A stretch of DNA of 64,000 bases from Kudoa neothunni (Eukaryota > Animalia > Cnidaria): NCBI GenBank assembly GCA_964304625.1, contig OZ199838.1, positions 9,327,245 to 9,391,244 of the forward strand. The letters are read 5' to 3'. Positions 39,063 through 53,329 of this stretch are shown here, piece after piece (positions within the stretch are counted from its first letter, which is position 1; every line of letters starts with the position of its first letter). The position numbers and the translations under genes are program-made. The notes beneath the pieces were generated by a model. That model searched no databases. It was not told where the DNA came from and saw only the letters and a list, made by a program, of their open reading frames with translations.

Positions 39063-41611
39063 ATGTCCTCCCAAAAGCATACAGTTGTTGATGAAAACCG
39101 TAATTGTAATGATGATTGGACTCGAAAATATTTTTTCATCTATTCGTTGAATAAAGCGATGTGTTTGCTTTGTCTCGAATCAGTCGCCATATTAAAGGAA
39201 TATAACTTGAAACGACATCACGAAACGAAACATGGGGAATTCAGTGAAAAAATCAACAATAACAACAGGGAACAGACGGCCTTAAAATACCTTGAAAGTT
39301 ATCAAACGCAACTCGGTTCATTCAAAACGAAATCTCTAACCCAAGAAAACGAATCAGAAACAAGTTTTATGATATTATATAGCATTGCTCTGTGAAACAA
39401 ACCATTTTTAGATGGCGAATTTGTGAAAGAATGTATAATGGATTGTGTTAACGTTATTTTCCCGGAATTGAAAAAAAAGTTTGAAAATATTCTATTATCA
39501 AGAAGTACAGTTGTGCGTCGTATAGAAATGATAAGTGAAAATTTAAGCCAAAAATTAAAAGATATAAGCAAAGATTTTGTGTGTTATTCATTAGCATTAG
39601 ATGAAAGCACAGATATTAGAGACACTGCACAATTGCTTATTTTTGAACGCGGAATAAACCCTAATTTTTGTATCACTGAAGAGTTACTTTATATGGAACC
39701 GATGGAAGGTACAACAACTGGGCAGGATTTGTTTGAATGTGTGGTTAAATCATTTGAAAACAATGAATTACCTTGGAGTAAATTAACAAGTGTAACAACT
39801 GATGGAGCTCGCTCTTTATTGGGAACGATTTAACTATTAAATGAAAAGTTTAAAAAAGAGATTCCCAACCATGCTTTTCCGTCATTTCATTGCATTTTGC
39901 ATCAAGGAAGTTTGTGTAAATCTGCATTAAGTTTACACCACATTGTAACTCCAGTTGTGAACGCAATAAACATCATTCGTTCAAGAGCTCTGAATCACCT
40001 TCAGATCAGATCGTTGTTAAATGACCTTGATTCTGAGTATGGACATGTTATCTACCATAACAATGTACGATGATTGAGTTTAGGAAAAGATTTGAATAGT
40101 GAGTTTATCCATAATATAAACTGTGATGAATGGAGGTTTGAGCTTATGTTCGCAGTTGACTTCTTTGAAATCTCAACGAATTAAACCTAAAGTTGCAAGG
40201 TAAACAATTCATGGTTTATGAAATGTTCAACCACATTAAATCTTTTGAAGCGGAATTATCTCTTTTTATAAACCAAATAAATGAAGGGAAATTTACTCAC
40301 GTTCCATCGCTTGCAAAAGAAAAAAATGCCTCCAGCTATTGGTTTTAAAATAGAAAGCCATCTAAAATCTTTATTAGATGAGTTGAATAGAAGATTTAAA
40401 ACTTCCGACAGGTTGAACCAAAATTTCAAATACTCACATCGTTATTCTCTATTTATGCCAACACGACTGCCGACTAGCTTCAGCTTGAACTGATAGATGT
40501 TCAATTTGATAGTTTATTAAAAGAATTGTTTGTTGTTGTTCCATTAGTATAATTTTACAATTAATTACCTGCTAAGAGTTTTCCATGCCTTAGAAATTTC
40601 GTTACAGAAATATTTTCCATGTTTGGGTCAACCTATATTTGTATTTGTGAGAAAAGTTTCTCCTGTATGAAAATTAATAAAAACAAGAATAAGTCTTTGC
40701 TGTCAAACAAAAACCTAGGGACCGTGCTCAGGATATCTTCAAGCAACCTAAAACCGAACCTTAAGCTATTAGTTCATAAAAATATTTAATAATTTTTTTC
40801 CTTTTAATTTCCGTTTTATCAAGCGTCCCAAGTGCAACACTAATCACTTCAGAGTTGAAGTCTTACGGTAAATATAATTTTTACTAATTGATATAATTAG
40901 AGGAAGTTGAAAGAAATAATAAAAAGTAGGAAATAATAAGTTATGTTAACTCTTCCTGGTGGAATTATTATTACAAAAAATATATTCATAAAACCTTAAA
41001 AGATGAATGTTACATCGATACTTACCGAAAATTAAGATTTTTTTAATTTCATGTAATTTTAATCATAATTTAGGATTGTAATATTCCCTAATAAATTTTT
41101 CTAAAATTATTTCTGTAATTTGATTATATTTGTCACAAAAAATTTAATGTAATCTGAAATATTAAAAATCCAATTAATTTTTATTAATTGGATTATACTC
41201 AAATTTATAGTTTAGGTCTTATTTTAAAGTACATGTTATATTGAATTTGATGCTTAAAATAATTATAAATAATTGTATCAGTGTCATTTTTTAAATATTT
41301 CATGTGTAGTTAATGAGTAACATTAACTTTTCATGACTTTAGTTATAATTAAAATTTATTAAGTATTAAACCTATTATTTCGATCGTAACTTGCAATAGT
41401 ATGCCGATCACAAAATTTCTATATTTAAAACAAATATTTAATTCTTTTTTAAATGAACTTATACACTAACTCGTTTATTGTACAAAAAGTGTTAGAAGAA
41501 CCATCAATAGGTATTTAAGCTCTCATAAAGCATTTAATCAACAATGCGGTCCTCCAAGTTTCTGTGATGAGCCAATGTGGCCCGCGAATCCAAAAGTTAT
41601 GCCCACCACTG
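39063..41611 (+). mobile_element. SPIN/GTF2IRD2-like (Buster-type) hAT element with a decayed transposase (39063 to about 40790)
   Basis: CLLCLESVAILKEYNLKRHHETKH, YSLALDESTDIRDTAQL, VTTDGA, FHCILHQ and FGSTY. 3' terminus GTGGCCCGCG...TTATGCCCACCACTG at 41611. The left TIR was not found. Confidence 0.9.
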
Positions 41612-43962
41612 CCTTCATGCCATTCTTCTCCACGTTTTAAGGGTAATTTGGCTTTATCGTTGATTTTGGTGTTTAATTCGATCGGTTTCCATTCGTTGTA
41701 GTTTTTCCTCATTCGTTTCAGCCATACGTTGTTGTGTTCTTCGAAATGCTTCAGCGGTTAGACGTTAGTTCCTTCGTATGATAGATTCCAATGAGATTTG
41801 GTTCGTTCTTCGTATTCTATTGGATTGTCTTTTTTGCCGATTTGATTTTCAGTTTCTTGGGAATGTTGCATTTGATGTCTCAGCATATTCGAACGTAAAC
41901 GTTCCGTTCGGTCTTCCTGGGTTTCTTGGATATGCCTGGCTTCATTTCTTACGTTTCGTTCGTTCATGAGTCTTCTCTGCTTTTCGCTTTCTTCAAGTCT
42001 TCTATTTCTTCTTTGCTGTATACCTAAATTGTTTAAAACAAAATTTTCTCACACATAATTATCAGTCATTTTTAGCTAGCGTTAATTCCTCTAAATATTA
42101 TTTTATTAAAGGCGATGCCTAAAAAAGAAAAGTTATCGCTAAGATTTAAGCGTAGATAAAAGTATATGCTGCTAACATGAATTTTTATTCATGGAAATAA
42201 TATTTCATACGATGATATTTCGTTACATCTTAAACTATGACGTTTTTTATAACATGGAGTGTACATTTCACAGGTGGAGTCTGAGAAAAATCATTTTTGG
42301 GCTGTGATAGTTTTAAATAAAAGAATAAATTATTTTACAGCATCTGACTACATCGCGGATAGGGCCTAAGAAAATTGTATCAATAAGTCAATTTCACGAG
42401 TGGGATCTGGGGAAATTTTAGTGGGCGCTAGACTTTTTAGTTAAAAAGCAAAGCGAGATAAAAAATGTTGTAAAACGTTGTCATAGAGAATAGTACATTT
42501 AATATTTTGAAGGAAACGGTTTAATAAATACAATTTGCACTAAAATTTATTTAAAAAATTGTCTTGATTTCAGTTTATAAGAAAATTTCTTTTTACTAAT
42601 TAGATGTAGGAATGTCCTTCCCTTTGATATTATATTTACCGATAAGCCATATAACAATAAGGTAGCAAGACGAGGTTTTGTGAGAATTTATTAGATTTTT
42701 TTATTTATAACATTTTTCGGTTGATCTTAATTACTCCTATATTTTAATCAACAATTAAAGGGATTAAAATTTATGCCCCAAAAAATAGGCTGTAGCGGTA
42801 AATTATAATTAAAAAACAGGACGATTGTGATGTTAAAAAGATTAAAAATTAAATGAAATTACTTTTTTCGAATTAATAAAAGTTATAATACACTTGATGA
42901 TTTATGCCTAAGTTGAAATGATTCATCTATAAAGTCAAATATAATATTTACAATTCTCTCATTGGCATGGTTTAATATTTGTTAATTCAAAAATCATTTG
43001 TTGAATTAAGCCAGATAGTGTCGTAAATAATAATGAAGACAACTAACATTGGTTCAGCTCTGATTTTAAATTTGAAGACCTTAAATGTGGTGTCTTAAAA
43101 TAAACTTTACATCTTAAATTAGTGGTTCATTAATTATCTCGTCAAATATAGAAACTTATCGAATTAGTTTTAACAGTTGTTTTGCAGGAAAGTTTAGGAA
43201 AACCAAAAAATGAGGAAAAACATCTCGAAAAGACGAATATAGTTTCAATCTCAATCGAATATTTGATAAAAATAAATTTTCACATCTCAGAAATTCCAAT
43301 GGAGCATAATTTTCATTTAAGAAGTTATCACAAAAATTTAATTATTCGAGAACTCTATTCACATCTTACATCGTTTTTAGAATGAGTATAGAGACCCAAA
43401 TTATTCCAACGTGGCAACAACTTGTTATCTCAAATTATGTGTTTTATTTAAAATGATCATAATCTCTTTTTCTTAACTATATCTATAACGCTTGAAAAAT
43501 GAAAATACATCCTACATAATTTTATTACGCTTCAAATTCTAAGGGCAATGCAACATCTCTTGTAAAAATGACTATAATGGCTTTATCTATCTTAAAATTA
43601 CTCCAAACAGGCAAATGTAACATTTCTAAACATTATACATCATAATTAGCAGATTCTCTTTGTATGAGTGAAAGTTCATTTTAATTGGATATCACACTGA
43701 AGTAAACAAACATCAATATTATTCAGGTACTTTTTATTCTGTTATTCGATGTTGACAACCAGAACAATCCTAATTTCGGATACTGACATTGATTATGTAA
43801 GCAATTATATGTGAATAAACGATTTTTTATAATAGTATCATCCTTCTAAATGTATACTAAAAGCTGTATTTAAAAAAAGTTTCTCCTTGGCACATGCATA
43901 CTATAGAAAACACACTGACACACATAAGAACTTTATATATTAGGATATATATATATAGTAGA
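41612..43962 (-). mobile_element. 5' portion of a Helitron (charged N-terminal repeat coding remnant at about 41620-42070)
   Basis: 5' end A|TCTACTATATAT... with TGTGTCAGTGTG at 43962. R/E/Q-rich repeats ETQEDRTERLRS are typical of Helitron Rep N-termini. Continuity across the middle is not proven. Confidence 0.55.
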
Positions 43963-44619
43963 TTAATATTTCATTTAAATCAAATCAAATATTAAGTTTG
44001 TTATCGTAAGCGATGGAAGACTAAAAATGTTGGTTGTTTTAATGAGCTCAAAAACCACAATCCCATTGGTGAAATCTTATTATTGTCAAATTTTTAATAC
44101 CCAGTAGCAATTTTATACGAAACTATCATCTTATTTTAAAAATACAGATTTTTTTTCCTCGAAATAATACTAACATTTGAGTTACACCTATCTCAATTCA
44201 TACTGCTATTAAAACCTCTACAAGGAAATGTCACGCACACACACACACATTCGTCTTTAAGAACCAGTATTTCAGTTTATATCATGATAGCATTCAAGGC
44301 AATAAAATAAAATTCCGCAATTTATAGCTTGATTGTATAAATTATTTTAATAAAAGTACCATTACTCTTGATAATGATAATATTAAAAATTTTAATTGCT
44401 CATTAGACAGCACCGATCAATGCCGGGATTTCGCATAAACCATCGTCATTTGTTATGAATAACTAAATAGCTCTGTTGTCGTCACAACCTGGGAATGATA
44501 AAAAGTCGATACCAATCATGTTATTGATAGCAAACCATAGATCGAAGGTCACCAATTTGAAAACAATTCCCGCCAAAAACAGTATATAATTTGATATACA
44601 ACAATTTCTACAAAAATTA

Positions 44620-46844
44620 ATGTCAGATGGTGTTGATGCGGATAATGAAAATACCAACTTTTGGACGCGATGCTGCAACAATATTACCATCATACTAATG
44701 TTGGTGTGTATGTTGATCACCGCACAGAGTTTAGTTGTTACTGGTTTATTGATATTGACGATCCCTACCGTTCAAAAATTATTCGGATATTCCAGTTACC
44801 AAATGTCATTCGTGGTGAGTGTTTACAACATCTTTTTTGGTGTTTGTTCAGTGGCGGCAGGTTACAAAACATTGAAAAGAAAACTACTATGGATAGGAGT
44901 TGGTGGGGTGTTGATGTGTTTGGGATGCTTTGTTGCTATTCTTCCGCACAAAATAAGTCTTCACGATTCCAGTCTTTTATCTTCTTATCAAGTGACGAAT
45001 AATGAAACATTCCAGATGTGTAACAAGAACCAACCGTCCAAAATTACCTATTTTCAAGATTGCATACCAACCTCATTAAAATATTTGATAGTTTTCTGTT
45101 GTTCGTATGCATTACTAGGTAGCTTTTTGAGGCGTAATACATTAGAGATATCGCTTGGTTGTAAAATTTTAGGGGTGGGATCCGCTCTGTTACACACATT
45201 AACAGTAGTGTATTTCGATGAGAAATTGTCTCCAACCAAAAGTGGGATATACATTGCAATATTTAATATTTTCGGGGTGATTGGCCCTGCGATTGGTTTT
45301 GGTATTGGCTATTTGTTTATCCGAATGCCAGTCAATCTTAAAATGGATCCAGTCAACGACGTTGGTATGACACCCGATAGTGAAGGTTGGATTGGTGCTT
45401 GGTGGCCAGGCTATGGAATTAGTGGGTTGATCTTAGTTATTCTTTCTCTATTAACAATACTTGTTTGTTTTAAATCACATATCAAAAACTATAATCATAC
45501 CAGCCAAAACAGTACGTTAATCGGAGATGTGCTATCGATTTGATATAAATTTTTAGCCCCCACTGGTGAAATTCAAAACAACTGTGAAAATATTGTACAA
45601 AACCAACAAACCCTTACCTCAGAGCAAACCATCTATCTATATGTTATGCTGTCTATCAAAAAATGTTTAAACAGATTTAAATTGTGTCTTTCCAATATTC
45701 CCCTCATGTGTGTAATAATTGGCGCTACATTGGAAGTTATTCCGTTGAATGGGTTTGTTATATATACGGCAATAATTTTGGAAGCACAATTCAGAGTAGA
45801 TGTTAATAAGGTTAAGAGGAATTATCAATGAATTTCTTTATTATATTATAGATTGGTCTTATTACAGGCTCTTTGTCGATGTTGTCTGCGACCGTTGGAT
45901 TTATATGTGGGTCTTTATTTAACAAGTATGTCAAGTCTCAAAAAAATAAATTGCTTGGGGCTATTTTTGTTTCTATTGTCACAATTTGTCTGTTCTTTGT
46001 TGTATTTTACGGATGTGCAAGTAGAACTATAGTGGGTGTTGAAACGGATGAAAAAAACATGTAGCAACGGTTTAACAAACAAAATTTTGCTATATTACAT
46101 TTATGTAGAGTGGTACCAGCTTCAACCCAATTATGCAATTCAGGCTGCAACTGTAACTTTTTTCGGTATGAACCACTATGTTACAACGGAAAAACATATT
46201 TCAATCCTTGCACAGCGGGATGTGAAAAGAAACATGCTAGTTCTACTAATGAAGTGGTAATAACTATATATATGTGTATAAAGTTTCTTATTTTATTTTA
46301 AAGATTTTTACAAAATGTAAATGTTTCAAACACCTATCAGAAAATATAAAGGAAGGAGGATGTATTGATGAGACCTGTAAGAATATTTACCTATTTTTGC
46401 CCGTATTATTCTTTGCTCTGTCCTTCACGATATTTCTCTATATCCCTCTTTTAACGTATAATCTATCGTATGGGTTTATATAATGTCTTCCGTTTGATAA
46501 TGTATAATAGGATTTTGAAGGAAAATCAGAAAAGTTTTGGAGTGGGTCTACAACTGTTTTTTATTAGAATTGGTTATATTATTGGACCCAATCTGTACGG
46601 GGCTTTGATTGACAAAAGTTGCGTTTTGTGGTTGCCTGGAGAGTGCAGAGATTCCACTGGAAATTGTGCAGAGTATGATAATCGAAAAATGAGGTCTATT
46701 TTATTTCTTCACTACAAATGATTAATAGTGCTTTGTAGTTTGTATCTGGTAGTGTGTTCCATTTGTTTCAAAATTGGCGCCACATTTCTTTACGTTTTGG
46801 CATATTTCGCTCATAAGAGTCATTACGAAAAGTACCTTGAATAG
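44620..46844 (+). CDS. SLCO: OATP/SLCO transporter, paralog C
   Basis: WIGAWWPGY, VYFDEKL, IGPAIGF, Kazal-like CNSGCNCNFFRYEPLC and IGPNLYGALIDKSCVLW. Shares introns with A and B and has one extra at about 45512-45556. Confidence 0.92.
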
Positions 46845-47221
46845 CTGGAAATATAATAAATTCTTTTTTTATAGATAAATTATATAAAAATCAATTTTTG
46901 TTTATAAATAAAACTTTTTGTTGGAAATTTGTTATTGATTCTAAAAATATGATTTTTTCGTGCACTTAATATGTTTTATTGGGCGTGTCGACATTATTTT
47001 TGAAATTGTCAATAATTAAAGATAAATTCTTTATCGCACATTAATAAACTCCATATAAATTTTGTTTCATTTGAATATTGATAAATCAAGTATAAAATCT
47101 TTATCAAGTAAAATGATATTGTTTATAGATACATAATTCTATTCAGTAATTTTATGAGACTGAAATCAAAAGCAATTATAATGAAATTAAAAACAAATAT
47201 ATAAATTTCTAAACAATTTCA

Positions 47222-48074
47222 TCACAATTTTTTTCGGACTCCGAAGTGACATAACTCTCGTCCTCTCTGTCTGAATTTATACTTGAGGAGAGTGGCAGCG
47301 ATTGGGAGGTTGTGGGAAGTCTTTTTTTTCGGTTGACAAAATTTGAGCCGACCAAAGAAATTTTGAAAACGTGCCCAAACAGGAACACCACATTGGATAT
47401 TGAGCCCATTTTTTAGGTTGTTTACATTAGGAAGGTAACTGTTACACAATTTTTCCATTACCAGATTGAACACACACTCAACGTCATGACCAATGCGATT
47501 CGAAGCAAACATCAGATCACATCCTTTCGATTGTGCATATTCGTAAACCTCGCCTGTAAAATTCTCACTCTTATCTTCTAATAAGAGATCGGTCTAAAAT
47601 TAAATTAAATATTGTTGTGATTAACACAATCAAAAAACTTAAGTTATTTGCGGGAATAAATTTAAAAAATTAAAATCAAACCCACATAACTACACCTCCA
47701 CACTATAAACATACCTTACAACCGACGATAACTTTAACAGCCTTTTCATCGCATACTTTTCGCACCTCCGGCATCCAAAAATCCAAATCCTCAAAAGTTT
47801 TTTTGTCGTTCACATCATACACCAATATAACTGCATTAGCATCACTGCAACATGCTTCCAAATAGCTCACCATCGAATGATTTCCTGAGGTATCCCATAT
47901 ACAAAGTTTGTAGTGTGTTTTTTTGTGGTAGATGTTTTTTATCACAAAATTAGCGGTGTAGGTGGGCGCTTGGTCAGAAACAAATTGTCCCTCACAGTAT
48001 TTGGTTACCATAGAGGTTTTGCCAACATTTCTATTTCCAACAAGAACAACTTTAAACAGCGAACAGGTTGACAT
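47222..48074 (-). CDS. Atypical Rab-like small GTPase, 2 exons (intron 47594-47714)
   Basis: FKVVLVGNRNVGKTS (G1), KLCIWDTSGN (G3), VILVYDVN, spliced VGCKTDL (G4) and FASNR (G5). Confidence 0.85.
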
Positions 48075-49300
48075 TAACACCCGAAAGGTAAATAATCCAC
48101 TTAAGCTAAAAATTCCATTCAACCAATCGTAAAGCTATGCGATATCTTACAAAAATATATTGAAAAATTGTTTCCTCGATTCTCCAAATAATCCAATCTA
48201 CTCATACTCATCCAATTATCTCAGTTCTACTCCAAATCTCATCCCGATATTTTTGGTATAGTATTCTCTCTAAACACCTTATTGTCAACCAATATTTATA
48301 TTTCGTCTTATGCGGTCGACGGACACAAACAACCACCAACAAAAATCGGCCAAATAAACATGATTAAATATATTTTTTTAAAAATCTTGCGCAAAGTTTC
48401 TCTCAGCTTCTGCCAAAAATGTTATAAGATATTCATCCAGGAAACTCAATTAATAATATTTAAATAGTTTAATTTAAAAAAGTGCTATTAATGAGGTTGG
48501 TTTCCATCTAGATCAACCATAATAGAATGTGTTAATAATTTGTTGAAAAATGATATAATTCCGTAAAATATGTATAATCTCTTCAAGGTTTACCGAGTTT
48601 GGTACTCACTGCTTCCGTTCGTTAATTACCTGTTTTCTAATTGTTAACATTCGGAATCCGTTAGAAATTATGTAGTGAGAAAAAAAATAAAAATTGGCAG
48701 CTTATTCTCTTCATTGTTTTCGTAAATTTGATGCTTAATTTCATCGCCATTAAGACTGCCCCCGACACAAAATCTTATTTTGGGACATTGATACGTAATG
48801 CCTACTGTGGTTTTAACGCTCAGGTCGCATGATCATAATTCTATAAAGATTAACGAATCCTTCTAATGTATTAGTTTCTTTAAATTAATAAATAAGAACG
48901 GAAATTTTTTAAGTATACTCGTAAGCGCAGTAACGGCCCAGATATTGCGTGTACCATTTACTGGGAATTAACGACACACGTCGAATCTATGTGCGCTTGC
49001 GTGATCCTACCAATTCATTTAGATTAAAAATATGATAATTTTTTTATTTTTCCTTTTTAATTATATTATATAATGGTTCAAAAATTTAGCCGTATACTAA
49101 AGGGATTATTCGACATTAGCTAATGGTCAATTTTATTAAATGACTTTAATTTTATCAATTCAAACTATTGGTTATCGAAATATGAATTTAAACTTTGTTC
49201 ATTTTTGAGAAAATCTAATTATTTAAGCTACCATAATCTGATTTATTGTGGTGAATATATCAAAATCTTCCACATTACAACGTGGTCGATTAATATTTAA

Positions 49301-51284
49301 CCCTCTAGGACAAATTCTAACGCGATTTATTGGTTGCTGTAAAAGTTTTATTTAATAAAATAAGGAGTAATTCTTCGGATATGTCACTAATAATAAAAAA
49401 AGACTTTTATAATTTAAAAATAAAAATAAATATTTTTTATATATCTAGCTCTTTTTGATTTATATTTTATTAAATGTGTATAGAATAACATAAAATTAAA
49501 TATTGGGATAATAGAGAATGTTGTAGAATTTATTTTGATAAAAGAACGATTTTATGACCACCAAGCATCTACGTTTATGGCTTGTATGTCCAATGGAGAG
49601 TTTGTTTAATTTCCATCAAGTGAAGAATACAATTCCATTGAAATATATGATAATATATAAGAAAATGTCTCTTGGACTATTTGTGATGGCACTGATGAGT
49701 TTGATTCAATTAATACGTACAATAATAAAAACAATATCGTGTGTTCTCCTGATATTCCGTCAAATATTAAGATATCAAGGAAAATATTCTAAAAACAGAA
49801 TATAACTACGTTTGCGTCGTCATGAATTTGTCGTTTGTTAGATTGTTTTCAGTATTTTTCGATGACGAATTATAAAATATCATTATTTCCAAGACAAATA
49901 AATTTTGATCCTTCCATTACAGAAATAAAAACATACATGGGGATTCTCATGTATGTTTGTGTATTTTTAAACCTAAGGTGGAATCCTTCAAACAATTATG
50001 GAGCATGGATAAAAGGGAAATTTATTTAGAAAAATAATTTCGTCCGAAGTATTAACGCCAATCAATTTTGCTAATGGGGGCCGTAGGACGTGAAAATGAT
50101 AAGTTTCGTCTTGTATATGATGTATTTAATAAATGGAAACATATTCTTCCGATGTGTTTGATTCCCATCGAAAGCCTTACTGTTAATGAATTGCTAGTAG
50201 CCTTTGGCGGAAGATATTCGTTTAAATAGTACATGACATCTAATCCTGCAACTTGATATAAAAAAATTTTCTTTTAAAAATATTACCCCAGTTATAACCA
50301 TAATATTTCCGTCTATCTGGGTCCAACTAATAATGTAGCTACTAAGAATTTGGGAGAAAGTGTTGTTTTATAGCTATCGTTATATCTAAAACAACCTGGT
50401 AGAAGTATCGTGTGTGGATAATTTTTTAGCTGAACAAAAATGAGGGAAGTCCTTAGTTCGACTATTGTTTATCGTAAGTAAATGATAGGGTTATCCTATG
50501 TATCAAGCAAGAACAAAGCTATCCTTCTGTTGATTATATTATCAAAAAATATGAAGTTGTATTCAAATCATACTAAAATATTTGAGTTTATAATTGATTA
50601 TAATAGATCCAACGGTGGATTGGATACGATGGGTCGTATTCTATCTACTTCAAGTATTAAACGATACACCAAAATATACCTAATGATATTTCATTACAAT
50701 AAGATTGATTTAGGTTAGTTAAGCTCATTTTACTTACAGAAACCCATATTTAATAAGTCTAACATCTAAAGAGTCAAATACTTAGAAGAGTTAGCAGATT
50801 GTTAGTGAAACTTTTCTCAATCGTTATCTTCCTATTTCGAGAGATGAGAGCATCATTTCTAAAATTAAAAAAGATTCAATTTGTTTCTGAGAGGTTAGGA
50901 AAGACAAACGAAGTCAATGTGCTTTTATTGTTCCAGATATTGTTGCAATAATCACGCAGAAACTATTAGTTGCAATCTTGTAATAAAATACAAACTTTAG
51001 GTATTTATCTTTTTTTATTTATTTTTTAATTATTTAGCGGTATTTTTCTTTCCAGCATTAACCTATTACAATCGGTTCAAGCATACAATTATAGTTATGT
51101 TTGCATTGAAAAGTGGTTAATGCTTTAATTAGTGAAAATATTATTCATTTCGAAAATTATATATTAAATATGTTAAGATTTTTTTAGATTAAAAAACAAA
51201 ATATTATATAATGATCCATTATATATAGTAATAAAAAATTGAATTATAATTATTGTAGTCCGTTGTTTAAACGTTATAATAAGG
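49301..51284 (+). mobile_element. Decayed piggyBac (PGBD4-like) element
   Basis: TTAA-CCCTCTAGG ... AAGG-TTAA. Remnants EIKTYMGILM, DKFRLVYDVF, LTVNELLVAFGGR and DYNRSNGGLD. Confidence 0.8.
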
Positions 51285-53329
51285 TTAAGGTACTTTAAAT
51301 TCTAAAATATGATTCCAAATAACTTGCATTTTCATTTTAATATGTGATTATTCTATTCGAATAAAATTTAAAAACTAAAACAAGCAATTTATTCGTACGT
51401 AGTCGTCAACCTTCGCTCGGACTAAACTTTAATCGCTCTGTCCCTCGTCTAGAGTTTGGACAATAGTTATATTTTTAATTCAGAAATCAATGTTTGATAA
51501 TTTTCTCTTTAGTAATAGGGGGCAAAAAATAGAGTTTTTCTAAACTACAAAACGTCTGGTATATGGCCATTTTTGGCTTGCTGGGAATGCTAAATAAAAT
51601 GTTGGACAAAACATATCTTAATGCAGCTTCATCATATTAGTTAAATGATGATACTTCGCTTAATTCATTATTCATCTTTTTTAGAAACCCCAGATATGGA
51701 TATTTTATCTTTATATCATTCGAATGATTTATATGAATGCCAATAATTCGTTACGTTATCGATAATATACTTATATAACTCTAAACTATTTTTTGCGCCA
51801 AATTAAAAAAAAATTAATATATGATAAATTAAGTTTAAAATTTCCACTACCCTGAGTCACCCTGGAAACTCAAATCATAGAGAGCGTGAGCCTTCTCCTA
51901 ATTGAGGAGTGCTGCTATATGTAATTCCTTTTCCATAAAGATTAAACTTACAAAGAGATTACATTTTTCAATTATCGTATAATAAAACAAATAAAACTCC
52001 AAAATAAAAAAATATAGATTTATTCAATAAACATTAATTATTCCACTTTTTTCAACCCACCAAACTAAAATTGTAAAATATGCAGGGAGTTTTAGTATTT
52101 TTATTATTAAATCAAGTTTCTTGTTAAAGCTGAGATCTATGTCCAGTTAATTAATTATTACTTGAAAATATTACAGCATGGCCATCCCTATCTTAATACG
52201 TCTATTTTATTAAAATAAGTAAAAATATCTTATCATATAACAAATTTTTATAGAGGAGTAGTCACAATATATGAATTAGAACCATTGAAATGGAACTGAC
52301 ATTCTCTCACTAGCATATCAACATTTAGATCATTTATTTCGACCTTTTTCAGAAAACAAAATATTAACAATTATGAATGATTTAGCCCCCAGGTGAATTT
52401 TTTCTCCTTAACCTTTCCGATACCAGGTGGGGTATATTCGGTACTCCATCTAAGATAATTTCTTCCTAATTTCTAATAGACGAAATTTATTTCACTGAAA
52501 TTTCATGAATGCTTTCCTATTAATTTAGCACATCAGTAGGAGAAACTTTCAATTTATATTTAACTTTAACAAGAAATATGGCTTCAAATTTTTAACTGGT
52601 CCGATGGTTTTCGCTCATAAAAATCATTATTGCGACTACAACATAGCCATTTATATTTTTTTGAATATTTAAGTCAAATATATCTCAATAATTTTAATTA
52701 AGACTAGATATTTTCAAATTTAAATTATGAGATAATGGGTAACGAAGATTGATTCATAACAATTGTGCTCTGGTGAATTTTGTTTCGTTGTAGAGTTGAG
52801 AGTTTCAACATAATTATGTTAAAACTTAATTGAGTCATATAAAAGGGTTTGAGGGAAGTTTAAGGCAGAACATGGAGTAGAAGTCTGATTTTGGGATTAA
52901 GATGTTTCCATAGTCTGAGGATGATCCCGTGTGGCCGCTGTTACCTGAAAATAGCTTATTTCACAAATTATCCAAAATTTATATTTTATATTATTTTTAT
53001 TAGCAACGGCATTAAATTTTTCTGCGTTTATTTATCACGTGAAAACCGCTATAAAGGAACTTTAGGTTTTAGAGGGGACGATGGACTTTTTCTGTTTAAT
53101 TAATGACCATGATAGTTTTTTGTACACCTTAGTAGTAAAGGGTTATTGAAAAACTGTCCCAGAAAGATGTTTTAAGTGTTAGAATTATAAAACCTTTACT
53201 TTAAAAAAGAGAAAAATAAATGTAAGGAGACCAATGACCGATATTTCGTGTTACAATAGAAACAACATTGATTACTCCTTCACTTACAACTGTAAAAAGT
53301 ACTTATCTTTCGTGAAATAACGAATTAAT

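Noticed and set aside
47209-47409. Alternative Rab C-terminus ending KNCDEIV
   Set aside because: No convincing splice acceptor leads into this frame, and the ending is not a valid prenylation motif.
48120-48900. Possible extra small gene upstream of the Rab
   Set aside because: No consistent spliced frame or recognisable motif. It may be 5' UTR.
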